Assembly: GCA_041589175.1 (NCBI GenBank)
Contig: JBFHWF010000005.1
Span: 2,555 to 66,554, forward strand
Reading direction: 5' to 3'
DNA: 64,000 nucleotides
Source: Gammaproteobacteria bacterium
Lineage (GTDB): Bacteria; Pseudomonadota; Gammaproteobacteria; SZUA-229
The translations under genes were made by a program, and so were the position numbers. Position 1 is the stretch's first letter. The number at the start of each line of letters is the position of its first letter. Below, piece after piece: positions 52,004 through 62,033 of the stretch. Below the pieces are notes generated by a model. That model saw only the letters and a program-made list of their open reading frames with translations, was not told the origin of the DNA and made no database searches.

Positions 52004-52405
52004 ATGAGCGAACGTACATTTAGACTGATACTCGGCTTTACCCTCTGGGGACTGCTTGTCTATTCTGCATATTTCCAGACTATGTGGCCAATCTATGCTT
52101 TCTGTATCTACCTTGTTTTTGAGGGCATCACCAATTTACGTTTCACACTACTCGTTAGCCGATTAAAAACAGGAAGCACATTTTCAGAGACAGAACCCAG
52201 TACCTGCACATCTCGCATCATCAACCGCATTGACTCGGAACGCGTATTACGCATCATAATCGCCGCACTTATCATTATTTCATTCAATTTCACACCCGAT
52301 CTTATCTGGTTCTTACCATGGTTTATTTCTGGCATGCTGATCATGGCCGGCATCACCAACATCTGCCCCATGGCAATGTTTCTGAAATGGTCGGGTATGC
52401 GCTAA
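52004..52405 (+). CDS. DUF2892 (YgaP-like) membrane protein
   Basis: 133 aa with 4 hydrophobic helices and a C-terminal ...MLIMAGITNICPMAMFLKW motif resembling DUF2892. Its stop overlaps the next ATG (TAATG). Confidence 0.5.
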   Translation: MSERTFRLILGFTLWGLLVYSAYFQTMWPIYAFCIYLVFEGITNLRFTLLVSRLKTGSTFSETEPSTCTSRIINRIDSERVLRIIIAALIIISFNFTPDLIWFLPWFISGMLIMAGITNICPMAMFLKWSGMR

Positions 52406-54594
52406 TGAAGCCTGTAAAAATCTCAGATTTAACCAGCAACTGGAATGGCAGTATCGCCATTAAGGTTACCGCAATCACAATCTGGATAATTCTGATTCTG
52501 GCTTTTGCGACAACCATCCCATTTGTCTCCAGCTTTGAATCCTACAGCGAACGAAACTACTCATGGAAAAATTTACAGTTGATCAAGCAACTTGAAAAGC
52601 TAGATGAATACGCAAACACTCCACTGATAATACAAAACACGGTACAGCAATTTATTCATGACAACGGTATCCATTATGCCCACATAACGATAAACGGAAA
52701 AGCATATGAAATCGGATCAGCCGCTAAAGACAACTACATACTAACAACTAAATTTGATGGAAAATCGATTCAGGATCTTCATCTTGAATTTCCATCATTA
52801 TCTCGATCCGCAACACTGCTGCGCGTTAAAATTGGCAGCTCAATTGTCGGTTTCTCCGTGCTTTTTAGTTTGTTCCTGTTCTGGCTAAACAAACAGATCA
52901 TTCATCAACCCTTCAATGAAATAATAACACTAATTCAACGCATATCGTCCGGCTCACACGAGCTTCGATTTGACAACCAGCGCAAGGACGAGTTTGGCCT
53001 GGTTGCAAGATTTCTTAATGAGATGCTCGACACATTGCAACAAAATCAGCTGCAACTAAGCCACGCCAACAGTGAGCTTACAGAGGAAATAAAACATCGA
53101 GAAGAAGCCCTTGCGGCTAGCCGACAGAAAAGCACCTTCCTGGCAAACATGAGTCACGAAATACGCACCCCGCTATCATCAATTATGGGGTATACAGAAC
53201 GCCTACGTTACAGCAATATAAAATCCGAACCGGAAAAACAGCAGATGCTGGATATTGTGTTGCAAAATGGCAATCATCTGATGCATCTAATCAATGATAT
53301 TCTTGATCTGTCGAAAATAGAAGCCAACAAGCTTGTCATCCATCGTCAGGATATATCTATCATCAAAATCCTTGAACACACCCGACGACTACTCAGTGAA
53401 CGCGCAATCGAGAAAGGCATACAACTTAACATTAACTACCAGCTGCCTGTTCCTGAATTAATTCACAATGATCCCACACGGATAAAACAGATTATTCTGA
53501 ATCTTGCCAGCAATGCCATCCGCTTTACAGACGAAGGAAAAGTTGACATTAATGTTTACTATGACAACAAAGATGAATTAAAAGTGGAAGTGACTGACAC
53601 TGGCATTGGCATGACGCAAAAGCAACAGAACAATCTGTTCCAGCCCTTTTCTCAGGCTGATGACTCAATTGAGGAACGCTATGGTGGCACCGGGCTTGGG
53701 CTTACAATCTCACGGCGACTCGCTGAACTAATGGATGGCAATATTGAAGTTGAAAGCATCAGCGGCATAGGCAGCAGATTTACCTTTCGCTTCAGAACTG
53801 GAATAGACCCCGATAAAATCACACTAATAGAGTCACTCAATCCACAGGACTTCGATATAAGAGACTATGACAAGCCTGTCGACAATCTCCGGTTAAATGG
53901 CAAAATCCTGTTAGTTGAAGACACTCCTGAAATCCAGCAACTTGTAAAGGCTTACCTGGAAGACTACGGAATTGAAATTGAAACTGCAGATAATGGCACA
54001 AGCGGCGTCGAAAAAGCACTCAGGAATGATTATGACCTTGTGCTTATGGATATACAGATGCCTGTTATGAACGGCATAGAGGCCATGAAAGAACTCAAGC
54101 TCAGCAGCTATGCTAAACCTGTTATTGCCTTAACTGCGGATGCAATCCCCGAACACGAAGACCAGTTTAGACAGGTCGGCTTCGCTCACACGCTGACAAA
54201 ACCCATCATAATAAATAAACTGATCTACACCATTCAAAAATATTTACCCCATGAGCCATCAAAAGCTATTACACAGAAAGACACTACAGAGCGGCACCGT
54301 CAACCAGCAACAGTCACTGATAGCAATGCAGACAAGACGGACATACTAAGAGACCTGAAAGAAAAATACCTGATACAGTTACCTATTTATCTAAACGAGC
54401 TTAGACAATCAATGGAAAGCGGAAACTATATGCAGGCACATGCAGTACTACATCAGCTGAAAGGCATTAGTGGCAGCCTTGGCTATCAGGACCTCACAGA
54501 CATCGCCAGCGAAACCAGCGAGTTACTACGACACGGAGAAAAAGAAAAGGCCGAAAAGAAAATCGATCTTATCGAAAGCTACTTCATCCATTAA
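52405..54594 (+). CDS. hybrid sensor histidine kinase (TM-periplasmic-TM, HAMP, HisKA, HATPase, REC, Hpt)
   Basis: Taken from ATG 52405 (the ORF-track start at 52318 lies inside the previous gene). H-box [29 protein letters not shown] ...DLVLMDIQMPVMNG, and Hpt ...LHQLKGISGSLG. Confidence 0.88.
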   Translation: MKPVKISDLTSNWNGSIAIKVTAITIWIILILAFATTIPFVSSFESYSERNYSWKNLQLIKQLEKLDEYANTPLIIQNTVQQFIHDNGIHYAHITINGKAYEIGSAAKDNYILTTKFDGKSIQDLHLEFPSLSRSATLLRVKIGSSIVGFSVLFSLFLFWLNKQIIHQPFNEIITLIQRISSGSHELRFDNQRKDEFGLVARFLNEMLDTLQQNQLQLSHANSELTEEIKHREEALAASRQKSTFLANMSHEIRTPLSSIMGYTERLRYSNIKSEPEKQQMLDIVLQNGNHLMHLINDILDLSKIEANKLVIHRQDISIIKILEHTRRLLSERAIEKGIQLNINYQLPVPELIHNDPTRIKQIILNLASNAIRFTDEGKVDINVYYDNKDELKVEVTDTGIGMTQKQQNNLFQPFSQADDSIEERYGGTGLGLTISRRLAELMDGNIEVESISGIGSRFTFRFRTGIDPDKITLIESLNPQDFDIRDYDKPVDNLRLNGKILLVEDTPEIQQLVKAYLEDYGIEIETADNGTSGVEKALRNDYDLVLMDIQMPVMNGIEAMKELKLSSYAKPVIALTADAIPEHEDQFRQVGFAHTLTKPIIINKLIYTIQKYLPHEPSKAITQKDTTERHRQPATVTDSNADKTDILRDLKEKYLIQLPIYLNELRQSMESGNYMQAHAVLHQLKGISGSLGYQDLTDIASETSELLRHGEKEKAEKKIDLIESYFIH

Positions 54595-54602
54595 TGTAAT
54601 TT

Positions 54603-55568
54603 TTATGTAGCCGTAGAATTATAGGGATTTTTCTCACCCTCGGGACGCGTTTTAAACAGCTTCATTGTCCAGAAATACTGTTCGGGACATATATCAACCA
54701 GCTGTTGTAATGACTGATTCATCAATGTCGCATCCTGCATATCGTCTTCACCATCCATGCCCTCAATCGCTGGTAAAAAATGCACATGATACCTGTGATC
54801 ACGTTCATCATAACAGGCCACACAGGGAATTACCTCTGCCTGGCAGCGCTTAGCCAGTCGCCCCAACACTGGAACAGTCGCTTTTAACTCACCATAAAAA
54901 GGAACAAAGATCGACCGGTTTGCACCCAGATCCTCATCTGGCAAATAAAACAGGATTGCACCTGCATTGACATCTTTAATGACTGGTCGCAAGCCCGCTT
55001 CACGGGGATAGATATAGGTGCCAAAGCGCACACGACCTCGCGCAACCATCCAGTCTACCAGTGCATTTTTCATCGGCTTAAATGGGCCCGTGACCTGATA
55101 TTTACGTGACACCATAGTCACCGCCATTTCCAGCCCCAGACTGTGTGCAGCCATTATAATCATTGGTCGCTCTTTGTTTCGACAGGCATTAACATGCTCA
55201 ATACCATGCAACTGAATTCGCCTGTCCAGCTCTCTTTCACCAGCCCACCACAACAGGCCATAGTGCAGTGCACTGCGAGCCTGATGACGAAAATTATTTT
55301 TTATTAGCCTGTCTTTCTCTGATTTTGAGATCGAAGGAAAACAGAGATCGATATTGATGCCCGCAATCCGTCTTCGCTTTGCATTCAGCTTGTAAGCCAG
55401 TTGACCCAGCCCATTTGCTAATCGATCCTGAATACTCACAGGAACGAAACGCATAACATACAAAACACCTATAAGTAGCCACGTAGGCCAGTAAACGGGT
55501 TTCAAATATGACATACGAAACGTCGTGTCATAACGCTTACTGCTTGATGATGCCTGTCTGTCAGTCAT
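54603..55568 (-). CDS. lipid A biosynthesis (LpxL/HtrB-family) lysophospholipid acyltransferase
   Basis: 321 aa with an N-terminal TM, an H-x4-E catalytic-type motif (AAHSLGLE), and length and layout typical of LpxL/LpxM. Confidence 0.7.
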   Translation of the reverse strand: MTDRQASSSSKRYDTTFRMSYLKPVYWPTWLLIGVLYVMRFVPVSIQDRLANGLGQLAYKLNAKRRRIAGINIDLCFPSISKSEKDRLIKNNFRHQARSALHYGLLWWAGERELDRRIQLHGIEHVNACRNKERPMIIMAAHSLGLEMAVTMVSRKYQVTGPFKPMKNALVDWMVARGRVRFGTYIYPREAGLRPVIKDVNAGAILFYLPDEDLGANRSIFVPFYGELKATVPVLGRLAKRCQAEVIPCVACYDERDHRYHVHFLPAIEGMDGEDDMQDATLMNQSLQQLVDICPEQYFWTMKLFKTRPEGEKNPYNSTAT

Positions 55569-56127
55569 GATTTTTCCTGGCTACAAACTGCACCTGACCA
55601 GGTACCCAGCCATCGCAAACAGCATCATACTCACGATAAAACAGCAACTGTAGATCCTTAAAAACCTCCAGCAATTCACCACGTGCAAGTCGAAACTCAG
55701 GCCTTGATGGCCCACATTGCTCAAACGGCTCACCAGAAAATGTCTGATAAAATAGCAGGCCACCGGGCTTTAGAAGATCAGCCAGCATTCGAAGGCTGTT
55801 TCTGTGCAGGAAATAACTCACCACAATCACGTCATATGTGGTTGATTCCGTAAGTGGTGACTGTTCAAGATCGAGCACAAAGGTATCAACAGGCAGCCCA
55901 GTTTCATCGGCATACTGCCTGAGTTTATCCATTGCAACGGGGGACAGGTCGTAGGCATCAGCCTGCAAGCCATGTGCAGCAAGTAACTGAGCATTACCGC
56001 CAAGACCACTGGCATAGTCCAGCGCACGCCCCTGTTTCGGCAACAGCTCGATATGCATTTGCAGTACACTAGCTGCAACCGCATCACTTGCCGACTTCTC
56101 TGCGTATACCTTATTCCAGTCTGGCAT
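55561..56127 (-). CDS. class I SAM-dependent methyltransferase
   Basis: Taken from ATG 56127, which overlaps the trkH stop (TAATG). Motif I is ...ALDYASGLGGNA... Confidence 0.7.
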   Translation of the reverse strand: MPDWNKVYAEKSASDAVAASVLQMHIELLPKQGRALDYASGLGGNAQLLAAHGLQADAYDLSPVAMDKLRQYADETGLPVDTFVLDLEQSPLTESTTYDVIVVSYFLHRNSLRMLADLLKPGGLLFYQTFSGEPFEQCGPSRPEFRLARGELLEVFKDLQLLFYREYDAVCDGWVPGQVQFVARKNHD

Positions 56128-57578
56128 TATTTTCTCCAGAAGGCAGGCGTTAGCAGCACCAGCAAGGTGAATATTTCGAGACGACCCAGTATCATGCCGA
56201 CACTCAATACCCACTTTGAAAAATCATTGATACCCGCGTAATTTGCCGCAACATCCCCCAGACCTGGTCCCAGGTTATTCAGGGTTGCAGTCACCGCAGA
56301 AAAAGCGGTTATCTGATCAAGCCCGGTTGCCATCAGTAACAGCATCATAATGACAAATACCGCCACGTAAGTTGCAAAGAACCCCCACACGGCATCGATA
56401 ACCGAATCTGCAACAGGCTTTTTACCAATCTTTACTGTGACCAGCGCATTAGGATGTATCAGACGCATCATTTCACGCATGCCCTGCTTGAGCAGCAGAA
56501 TAATTCTTATAACTTTCATGCCACCACCCGTGGAGCCGGCACACCCACCTATAAAGCTGGTAAACAGTAACAGCACGGGTAAAAATGTAGGCCACAAGTA
56601 GTATTCAGATGCCGCGAAACCGGTTGTTGTTCCTATCGACACAACATGAAACACACCCTGTACCAGAGATTCATTCAGACTTTCAGTTGCACCACTAAAC
56701 TGTAGATAGCTCACGGTAATTATCGATACTAGAAGTAGCACGCTAAAATAAACTTTGAATTCTGTATCTCTGAAATAGGATTTTAGATTCCAGCTTCTAA
56801 AAACTATGAAATGCAAGGCAAAGTTCACGCCGCCCAGAAACATGAAAACAATAGCAACGATATCAATCGTGGTGCTGTTAAAATAACCCAGACTTTCATC
56901 ATGTGTAGAAAAACCACCGATAGCAACGGTCGAGAAACTATGACTGATGGCATCAAACACATTCATACCGGCAAACCAGTAAGATACCGCGCATAACACT
57001 GTCAATCCCAGATAAATATACCAGAGTGCTTTTGCAGTTTCGGTTATACGCGGCGTTAATTTTGTATCTTTAATCGGACCCGGTGTTTCAGCCTTGTACA
57101 GCTGCATACCACCGACGCCCAGCATCGGCAGTATTGCGACTGCCAGCACGATAATTCCCATGCCGCCAAGCCATTGCAGCATTTGACGATAAAACAGTAT
57201 CGAATGCGGAAGCTCATCCAGTTCCGTCAATACGGTTGCGCCCGTTGTTGTCAGCCCGGATATTGATTCGAACACAGCATCAGTAATAGATATCTCAAGT
57301 TGCTCACTCAAGATAAACGGCAATGAACCCGATAGACTCAATACCAGCCAGAACATAACGACAACTAGAAATCCGTCTCGGAGTCGTAGTTCTTTCTTAA
57401 CGTTTTTAACAGGCAACCAGATCAATAGCCCCGTACCCATCAACAGGAAATAGGACGTCAAAAATGACTGATAGGTATTTTCCTGATAGAGAAAATCTAC
57501 CAGTATTGGAGGTACCAGCGTCAGACTGAAGAGCATCAGCAAAATACCGGAGATGCGTTGTATGACCGTAAAGTGCAA
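56127..57578 (-). CDS. trkH: Trk-type potassium uptake protein TrkH
   Basis: 483 aa, polytopic, with repeated selectivity-filter-like ...TTTG.../...GGFST.../...TTGF.../...GSTGGG... segments. Confidence 0.93.
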   Translation of the reverse strand: MHFTVIQRISGILLMLFSLTLVPPILVDFLYQENTYQSFLTSYFLLMGTGLLIWLPVKNVKKELRLRDGFLVVVMFWLVLSLSGSLPFILSEQLEISITDAVFESISGLTTTGATVLTELDELPHSILFYRQMLQWLGGMGIIVLAVAILPMLGVGGMQLYKAETPGPIKDTKLTPRITETAKALWYIYLGLTVLCAVSYWFAGMNVFDAISHSFSTVAIGGFSTHDESLGYFNSTTIDIVAIVFMFLGGVNFALHFIVFRSWNLKSYFRDTEFKVYFSVLLLVSIITVSYLQFSGATESLNESLVQGVFHVVSIGTTTGFAASEYYLWPTFLPVLLLFTSFIGGCAGSTGGGMKVIRIILLLKQGMREMMRLIHPNALVTVKIGKKPVADSVIDAVWGFFATYVAVFVIMMLLLMATGLDQITAFSAVTATLNNLGPGLGDVAANYAGINDFSKWVLSVGMILGRLEIFTLLVLLTPAFWRK

Positions 57579-57588
57579 ATCGCTTACC

Positions 57589-58965
57589 TTAGATAAATGT
57601 CACACTCACCTGAAACAGGTGCTCGATATCGTGAATTTTACGCTTATCAATCATAAACATGATGACATGATCTTCCGACTCAATAACCGTATCATGATGC
57701 GCGATAATTACCTGATCACCCCGCACAATTGCGCCGATAGTCGACCCCTCTGGCAACTCGATCTGCTCTATTGATCGCCCCACTACCTTGGATGTCTTTT
57801 CATCGCCATGGGCGATTGCCTCAATGGCTTCTGCGGCACCGCGACGCAATGAGTGCACCGCCACGATATCACCACGCCTCACATGGGTCAGTAGTGCGCC
57901 GATGGTAACCTGCTCTGGCGATATCGCAACATCTATCGCTTCCTGGTTTTCCATCAGATCAACATAGGCGGGTCGATTAATCAACGACATCGTCTTACGT
58001 GTACCGAGACGCTTGGCCAACATCGCAGAGAGTATGTTTGCCTCGTCATCATTCGTCACCGAGCAGAATACATCCATACTGTCGATATTTTCTTCCAGCA
58101 GCAATTCTTCGTTAGCTGAGTCACCCATTAACACCACAGACTTGTTAAGACTCTGCGACAAATGATGTGCTCGCCTGGGGTCACGCTCGACAATCTTGAC
58201 CTGATGGCGCTCTTCGAGACGTTCCGCAAGTCGCTTACCGATATTGCCGCCACCTGCAATAATAATACGCTTATTGCGCTTATCGAGTTTACGTAGCTCA
58301 CGTATAACGACACGTATATCTTCGCGGGCGGCGATAAAAAACACTTCATCACCCGCTTCTATCACCGTATGACCCATTGGAATAATGGCTCGACCACGTC
58401 TGTAAATTGCTGCCACCCGCGTGTCAGTACCCGGTGTATGTTTCGGCAGATCACTCAGCTGATGCCCGACAAGTGGACCACCATAGTATGCGCGAAGACC
58501 AACCAGAACGGCTTTACCGTCCGCAAAGTCCAGTACCTGTAACGCACCGGGGTATTCGATAATATTAAAGATATAATTAGTGACTATTTCTTCAGGACTG
58601 ATGATGACGTCTATTGGTACAGCATTACCACGGAACAGGTCATTGTGTTTGAGATACTGAGCAGAGCGAATACGCGCAATTTTGGTTGGCGTGTGGTGTA
58701 GTGTCCAGGCGACCTGGCAGGCAACCATATTAACTTCATCACTATTGGTCACTGCAATCAGCATATCAGCATCCTGCACGCCCGCCTGCTCAAGAATATT
58801 TGGATGCGCCGCATTCCCCGTCACGGTCTGTATATCCAGACGGTCACGTAGTTCGTGCAGCACATCCTGTCGATTATCGACCAGGGTGATATCGTTAGCT
58901 TCAGATGCCAGATTGGAGGCGACGGACGAGCCGACCTGGCCTGCACCCAGAATCAGAATTTTCAT
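57589..58965 (-). CDS. trkA: Trk system NAD-binding subunit TrkA
   Basis: 458 aa with two Rossmann motifs (MKILILGAGQVG and IIIAGGGNIG). Confidence 0.95.
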   Translation of the reverse strand: MKILILGAGQVGSSVASNLASEANDITLVDNRQDVLHELRDRLDIQTVTGNAAHPNILEQAGVQDADMLIAVTNSDEVNMVACQVAWTLHHTPTKIARIRSAQYLKHNDLFRGNAVPIDVIISPEEIVTNYIFNIIEYPGALQVLDFADGKAVLVGLRAYYGGPLVGHQLSDLPKHTPGTDTRVAAIYRRGRAIIPMGHTVIEAGDEVFFIAAREDIRVVIRELRKLDKRNKRIIIAGGGNIGKRLAERLEERHQVKIVERDPRRAHHLSQSLNKSVVLMGDSANEELLLEENIDSMDVFCSVTNDDEANILSAMLAKRLGTRKTMSLINRPAYVDLMENQEAIDVAISPEQVTIGALLTHVRRGDIVAVHSLRRGAAEAIEAIAHGDEKTSKVVGRSIEQIELPEGSTIGAIVRGDQVIIAHHDTVIESEDHVIMFMIDKRKIHDIEHLFQVSVTFI

Positions 58966-59045
58966 AAGTACGTCTTATATGTTTTCAGGTGACATCTGCC
59001 GCGAAGTGTACGCCTTTCTACAGCAGATTCCAGCGGTTTATCGAC

Positions 59046-60407
59046 TTATTCACCTTTCTTACCCAGTAGAGCATAGTAGAAACCATCACTCACCGGTGTT
59101 AGCGGCAGCAGCTGGATACCTGCCTCCCGGCGCTGTATATTCTCTAACAGCCCACAGTCATCAAAAGTTACAGGCATTTCAAGTAATGTTGCATCTGGCT
59201 GTTGCTGTAAAAACGCCGCAACCTGTAATTCGTTTTCACAACTGAATAATGAACATGTCGCATACAACAATCGACCACCTGGCTTTAACAGCTTCCAGCC
59301 GCTCTGCAATATACGTTGCTGTAACTCCACCAGCACTTGCAGATCTTCCTCTCGACGCAGGTGTTTAATATCAGGGTGTCGACGAATAACGCCACTGGCC
59401 GAACAGGGCACATCCAGCAGGATGCAGTCAAAAACCGGCTCCGACCAGCATTCACTCAATTGAGTAGCATCTGCAACGCTTAATGCTGCTTTAAATCCAA
59501 GACGCTCTGCATTCTCCTGTACCCGCTGTAATCGTTGCTCATCAATGTCTACCGCAGTTAATGTAATATCAGGTTGTCGCTCATAGAGGTGCGCCGTTTT
59601 TCCACCCGGTGCCGCACAAGCATCAAGCACAGCGTCACCTGCCTGTGGATCTAGTAACATGGCCGCCAGCTGTGCGCCAGCATCCTGCACCGATACGTAT
59701 CCCATTTCAAATCCGGGCAGCTGGCACACATCTACTGCAGCTTCAAGTATCAGGCACGCGTCCATACCTTTTAGTGATGTAAATGCGAAACCGGCTTTCT
59801 GCAATTCCAGCACATAGTCATCAAGTGAGATTTTAGAAAGATTTACCCGAAGGCTCATCGGTGGCTGTGTATTATTGCCTGAGACAACCTGCCGCCAGTG
59901 TTGAGGCCAGTCCTCACGAATTCGATCCAGCATCCACTGTGGATGCGCGAAGTCTGCATCAGTGCCCGTTAGTTTCTCGTCCAGAGTCTTATGCTGGCGC
60001 AGAAAATTTCGTAGCACACCGTTCACCAGCTTACCCGCCCAGTTTTTCTTGCATTTGCGCGTTTGTTTCACCGCAACATCAACAGCGGCATAGTCTGGCA
60101 CTCGGGTATATTGCAACTGAAATAGTGCAAGCAGCAGGATCAGTTCGATATCCTGATCTTTGGATTTGAGCTTTTTCTGCATCAATAGCCCGAGCTGGGC
60201 CTGTAAGCGCACCAGGTAACGCAACACGCCATAGCTGAGCATCCGCGCAAATGCAGCATCCCTTGGCTCTAGTGACGCACTAATAGCATCCAGACTACTG
60301 AGGGAAGAACCATCCCTTAATACGGCAAGCAATATACGTAGCGCGACCTGTCTGGCTGCAATGGATTCGTTTGAGCCAGACTCTGTCTGTTTAGCACCCG
60401 TTGACAT
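59046..60407 (-). CDS. rsmB: 16S rRNA (cytosine967-C5)-methyltransferase
   Basis: 453 aa with a NusB-like N-domain, ...DACAAPGGKT..., ...DVPCSASG... and ...YATCS...; it has the def-fmt-rsmB-trkA synteny. Confidence 0.93.
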   Translation of the reverse strand: MSTGAKQTESGSNESIAARQVALRILLAVLRDGSSLSSLDAISASLEPRDAAFARMLSYGVLRYLVRLQAQLGLLMQKKLKSKDQDIELILLLALFQLQYTRVPDYAAVDVAVKQTRKCKKNWAGKLVNGVLRNFLRQHKTLDEKLTGTDADFAHPQWMLDRIREDWPQHWRQVVSGNNTQPPMSLRVNLSKISLDDYVLELQKAGFAFTSLKGMDACLILEAAVDVCQLPGFEMGYVSVQDAGAQLAAMLLDPQAGDAVLDACAAPGGKTAHLYERQPDITLTAVDIDEQRLQRVQENAERLGFKAALSVADATQLSECWSEPVFDCILLDVPCSASGVIRRHPDIKHLRREEDLQVLVELQQRILQSGWKLLKPGGRLLYATCSLFSCENELQVAAFLQQQPDATLLEMPVTFDDCGLLENIQRREAGIQLLPLTPVSDGFYYALLGKKGE

Positions 60408-61372
60408 TATTGACCAAACACTCGACCCGTGAGATCGATGGCATTGGTAAAATCACTCACGTCCATCGGCTTCTTACCGGGAGCCTGCACCCTGAGCAAA
60501 CGCAATACACCGTCACCAGTAGCCACATCCACACCCTCACGACCTGACTGTAATACTTCTCCCGGCGATAGATTACCGGCCGAAGGTAAAACCTCTGCCT
60601 GCCAGATGCGTAACATCTCTGACTTACCCTGCCCCCTGAGATCAATCGGACTCTGAGCAACTGGCCATGCATTAAATGCCTGAACCTGACGGCGAATACG
60701 CTCTGCAGGCTGCGTCCAGTCTATCAACGCCTCCGCTTTACTGAGTTTATGTGCATAGGTTGCGAGACTGTCATCCTGCTTCTCTGCGTTGAGCTGCCCC
60801 GATGCTATACCCGGCAATGCCTGCATCAGCGCCTCGGCTCCCAGCCCGGCCAGGCGATCATGTAGCGTACTTCCGGTATCTGTTTCCTCTATCCTGCAGC
60901 TGAGCTTCAGTAGCATGTCTCCCGTATCCAGCCCGGCATCCATCTGCATAATGGTGATGCCGGTTTCGGTATCTCCCTGCAGAATACTGCGCTGAATGGG
61001 TGCCGCACCTCGCCAGCGAGGTAACAGGGATGCATGTATGTTAATACAGCCCAGTCGCGGCATATCCAGCACCGCCTGAGGCAGAATGATGCCATAGGCA
61101 ACCACCACCATTAGATCTGCATCGAGCTGGCTCACCAGTCGCTGATCTTCCTCTGCTTTGAGTTTTTCTGGCTGAAACACGGGAATATTATGTGCCAGCG
61201 CACAGGCTTTGACCGGACTGGGGGTGAGTTTACGGCCACGGCCTGCAGGGCGATCCGGCTGAGTAAAAACACCGACGACCCGATGTTCAGATGCGATTAG
61301 CGCTTGCAATGGCGCCACAGAGAAGTCGGGGGTGCCCGCAAAAATAACGTTCAATGATGGACTGTCACTCAC
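60407..61372 (-). CDS. fmt: methionyl-tRNA formyltransferase
   Basis: 321 aa containing ...FAGTPDF...QPDRPAGRG...[18 protein letters not shown]... Confidence 0.96.
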   Translation of the reverse strand: MSDSPSLNVIFAGTPDFSVAPLQALIASEHRVVGVFTQPDRPAGRGRKLTPSPVKACALAHNIPVFQPEKLKAEEDQRLVSQLDADLMVVVAYGIILPQAVLDMPRLGCINIHASLLPRWRGAAPIQRSILQGDTETGITIMQMDAGLDTGDMLLKLSCRIEETDTGSTLHDRLAGLGAEALMQALPGIASGQLNAEKQDDSLATYAHKLSKAEALIDWTQPAERIRRQVQAFNAWPVAQSPIDLRGQGKSEMLRIWQAEVLPSAGNLSPGEVLQSGREGVDVATGDGVLRLLRVQAPGKKPMDVSDFTNAIDLTGRVFGQ

Positions 61373-61878
61373 TACATATCCGCCGTTTTATAGTGTTTTT
61401 CCAGCTTTTTCTTGATGCGGTTACGCTTCAGTGGCGACAGGTAATCAACAAACAGCTTGCCTTCCAGGTGATCCAGCTCATGCTGGATGCAAATTGCCAG
61501 CAGGTCTCCGGTTTCCAGTTCAAACTCATTGCCATCACGATCCAGCGCCTTCACTTTAATATGCTCGGCTCGCTCAACTGTCTCGTAAATACCCGGCACC
61601 GATAGACAGCCTTCTTCATACTGCTCAATCCCATCTCTGGCAACGATCGTGGGGTTAATCAGACAGAGTGGCTGATCATTTTCTTTAGAGACGTCGATAA
61701 CGACGATGCGCTTGTGCACATTCACCTGGGTTGCCGCCAGCCCGATTCCCGGGGCGGCATACATGGTTTCAAACATGTCATCGACCAGCTGACGAATCTC
61801 GTCTGTAACCTCATCAACGGGCTTCGCCTGGGTGCGTAAGCGCTCATCGGGGAATTTAAGTATTTCCAGTACTGCCAT
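61372..61878 (-). CDS. def: peptide deformylase
   Basis: 168 aa with motifs [13 protein letters not shown] and HELDH. Confidence 0.97.
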   Translation of the reverse strand: MAVLEILKFPDERLRTQAKPVDEVTDEIRQLVDDMFETMYAAPGIGLAATQVNVHKRIVVIDVSKENDQPLCLINPTIVARDGIEQYEEGCLSVPGIYETVERAEHIKVKALDRDGNEFELETGDLLAICIQHELDHLEGKLFVDYLSPLKRNRIKKKLEKHYKTADM

Positions 61879-62033
61879 AATGCCTCACCTTGATTGAGTG
61901 CCTATTTTACATTTCACCTGCAATTTTGGGAAATAATGTCTATTATCTTTCAATTACTGACCAAACTTACTTCATTAATTCAAGTATATCGGCTAAACTC
62001 TTGAAAACCACGGATATATATGGGGATCAAACC

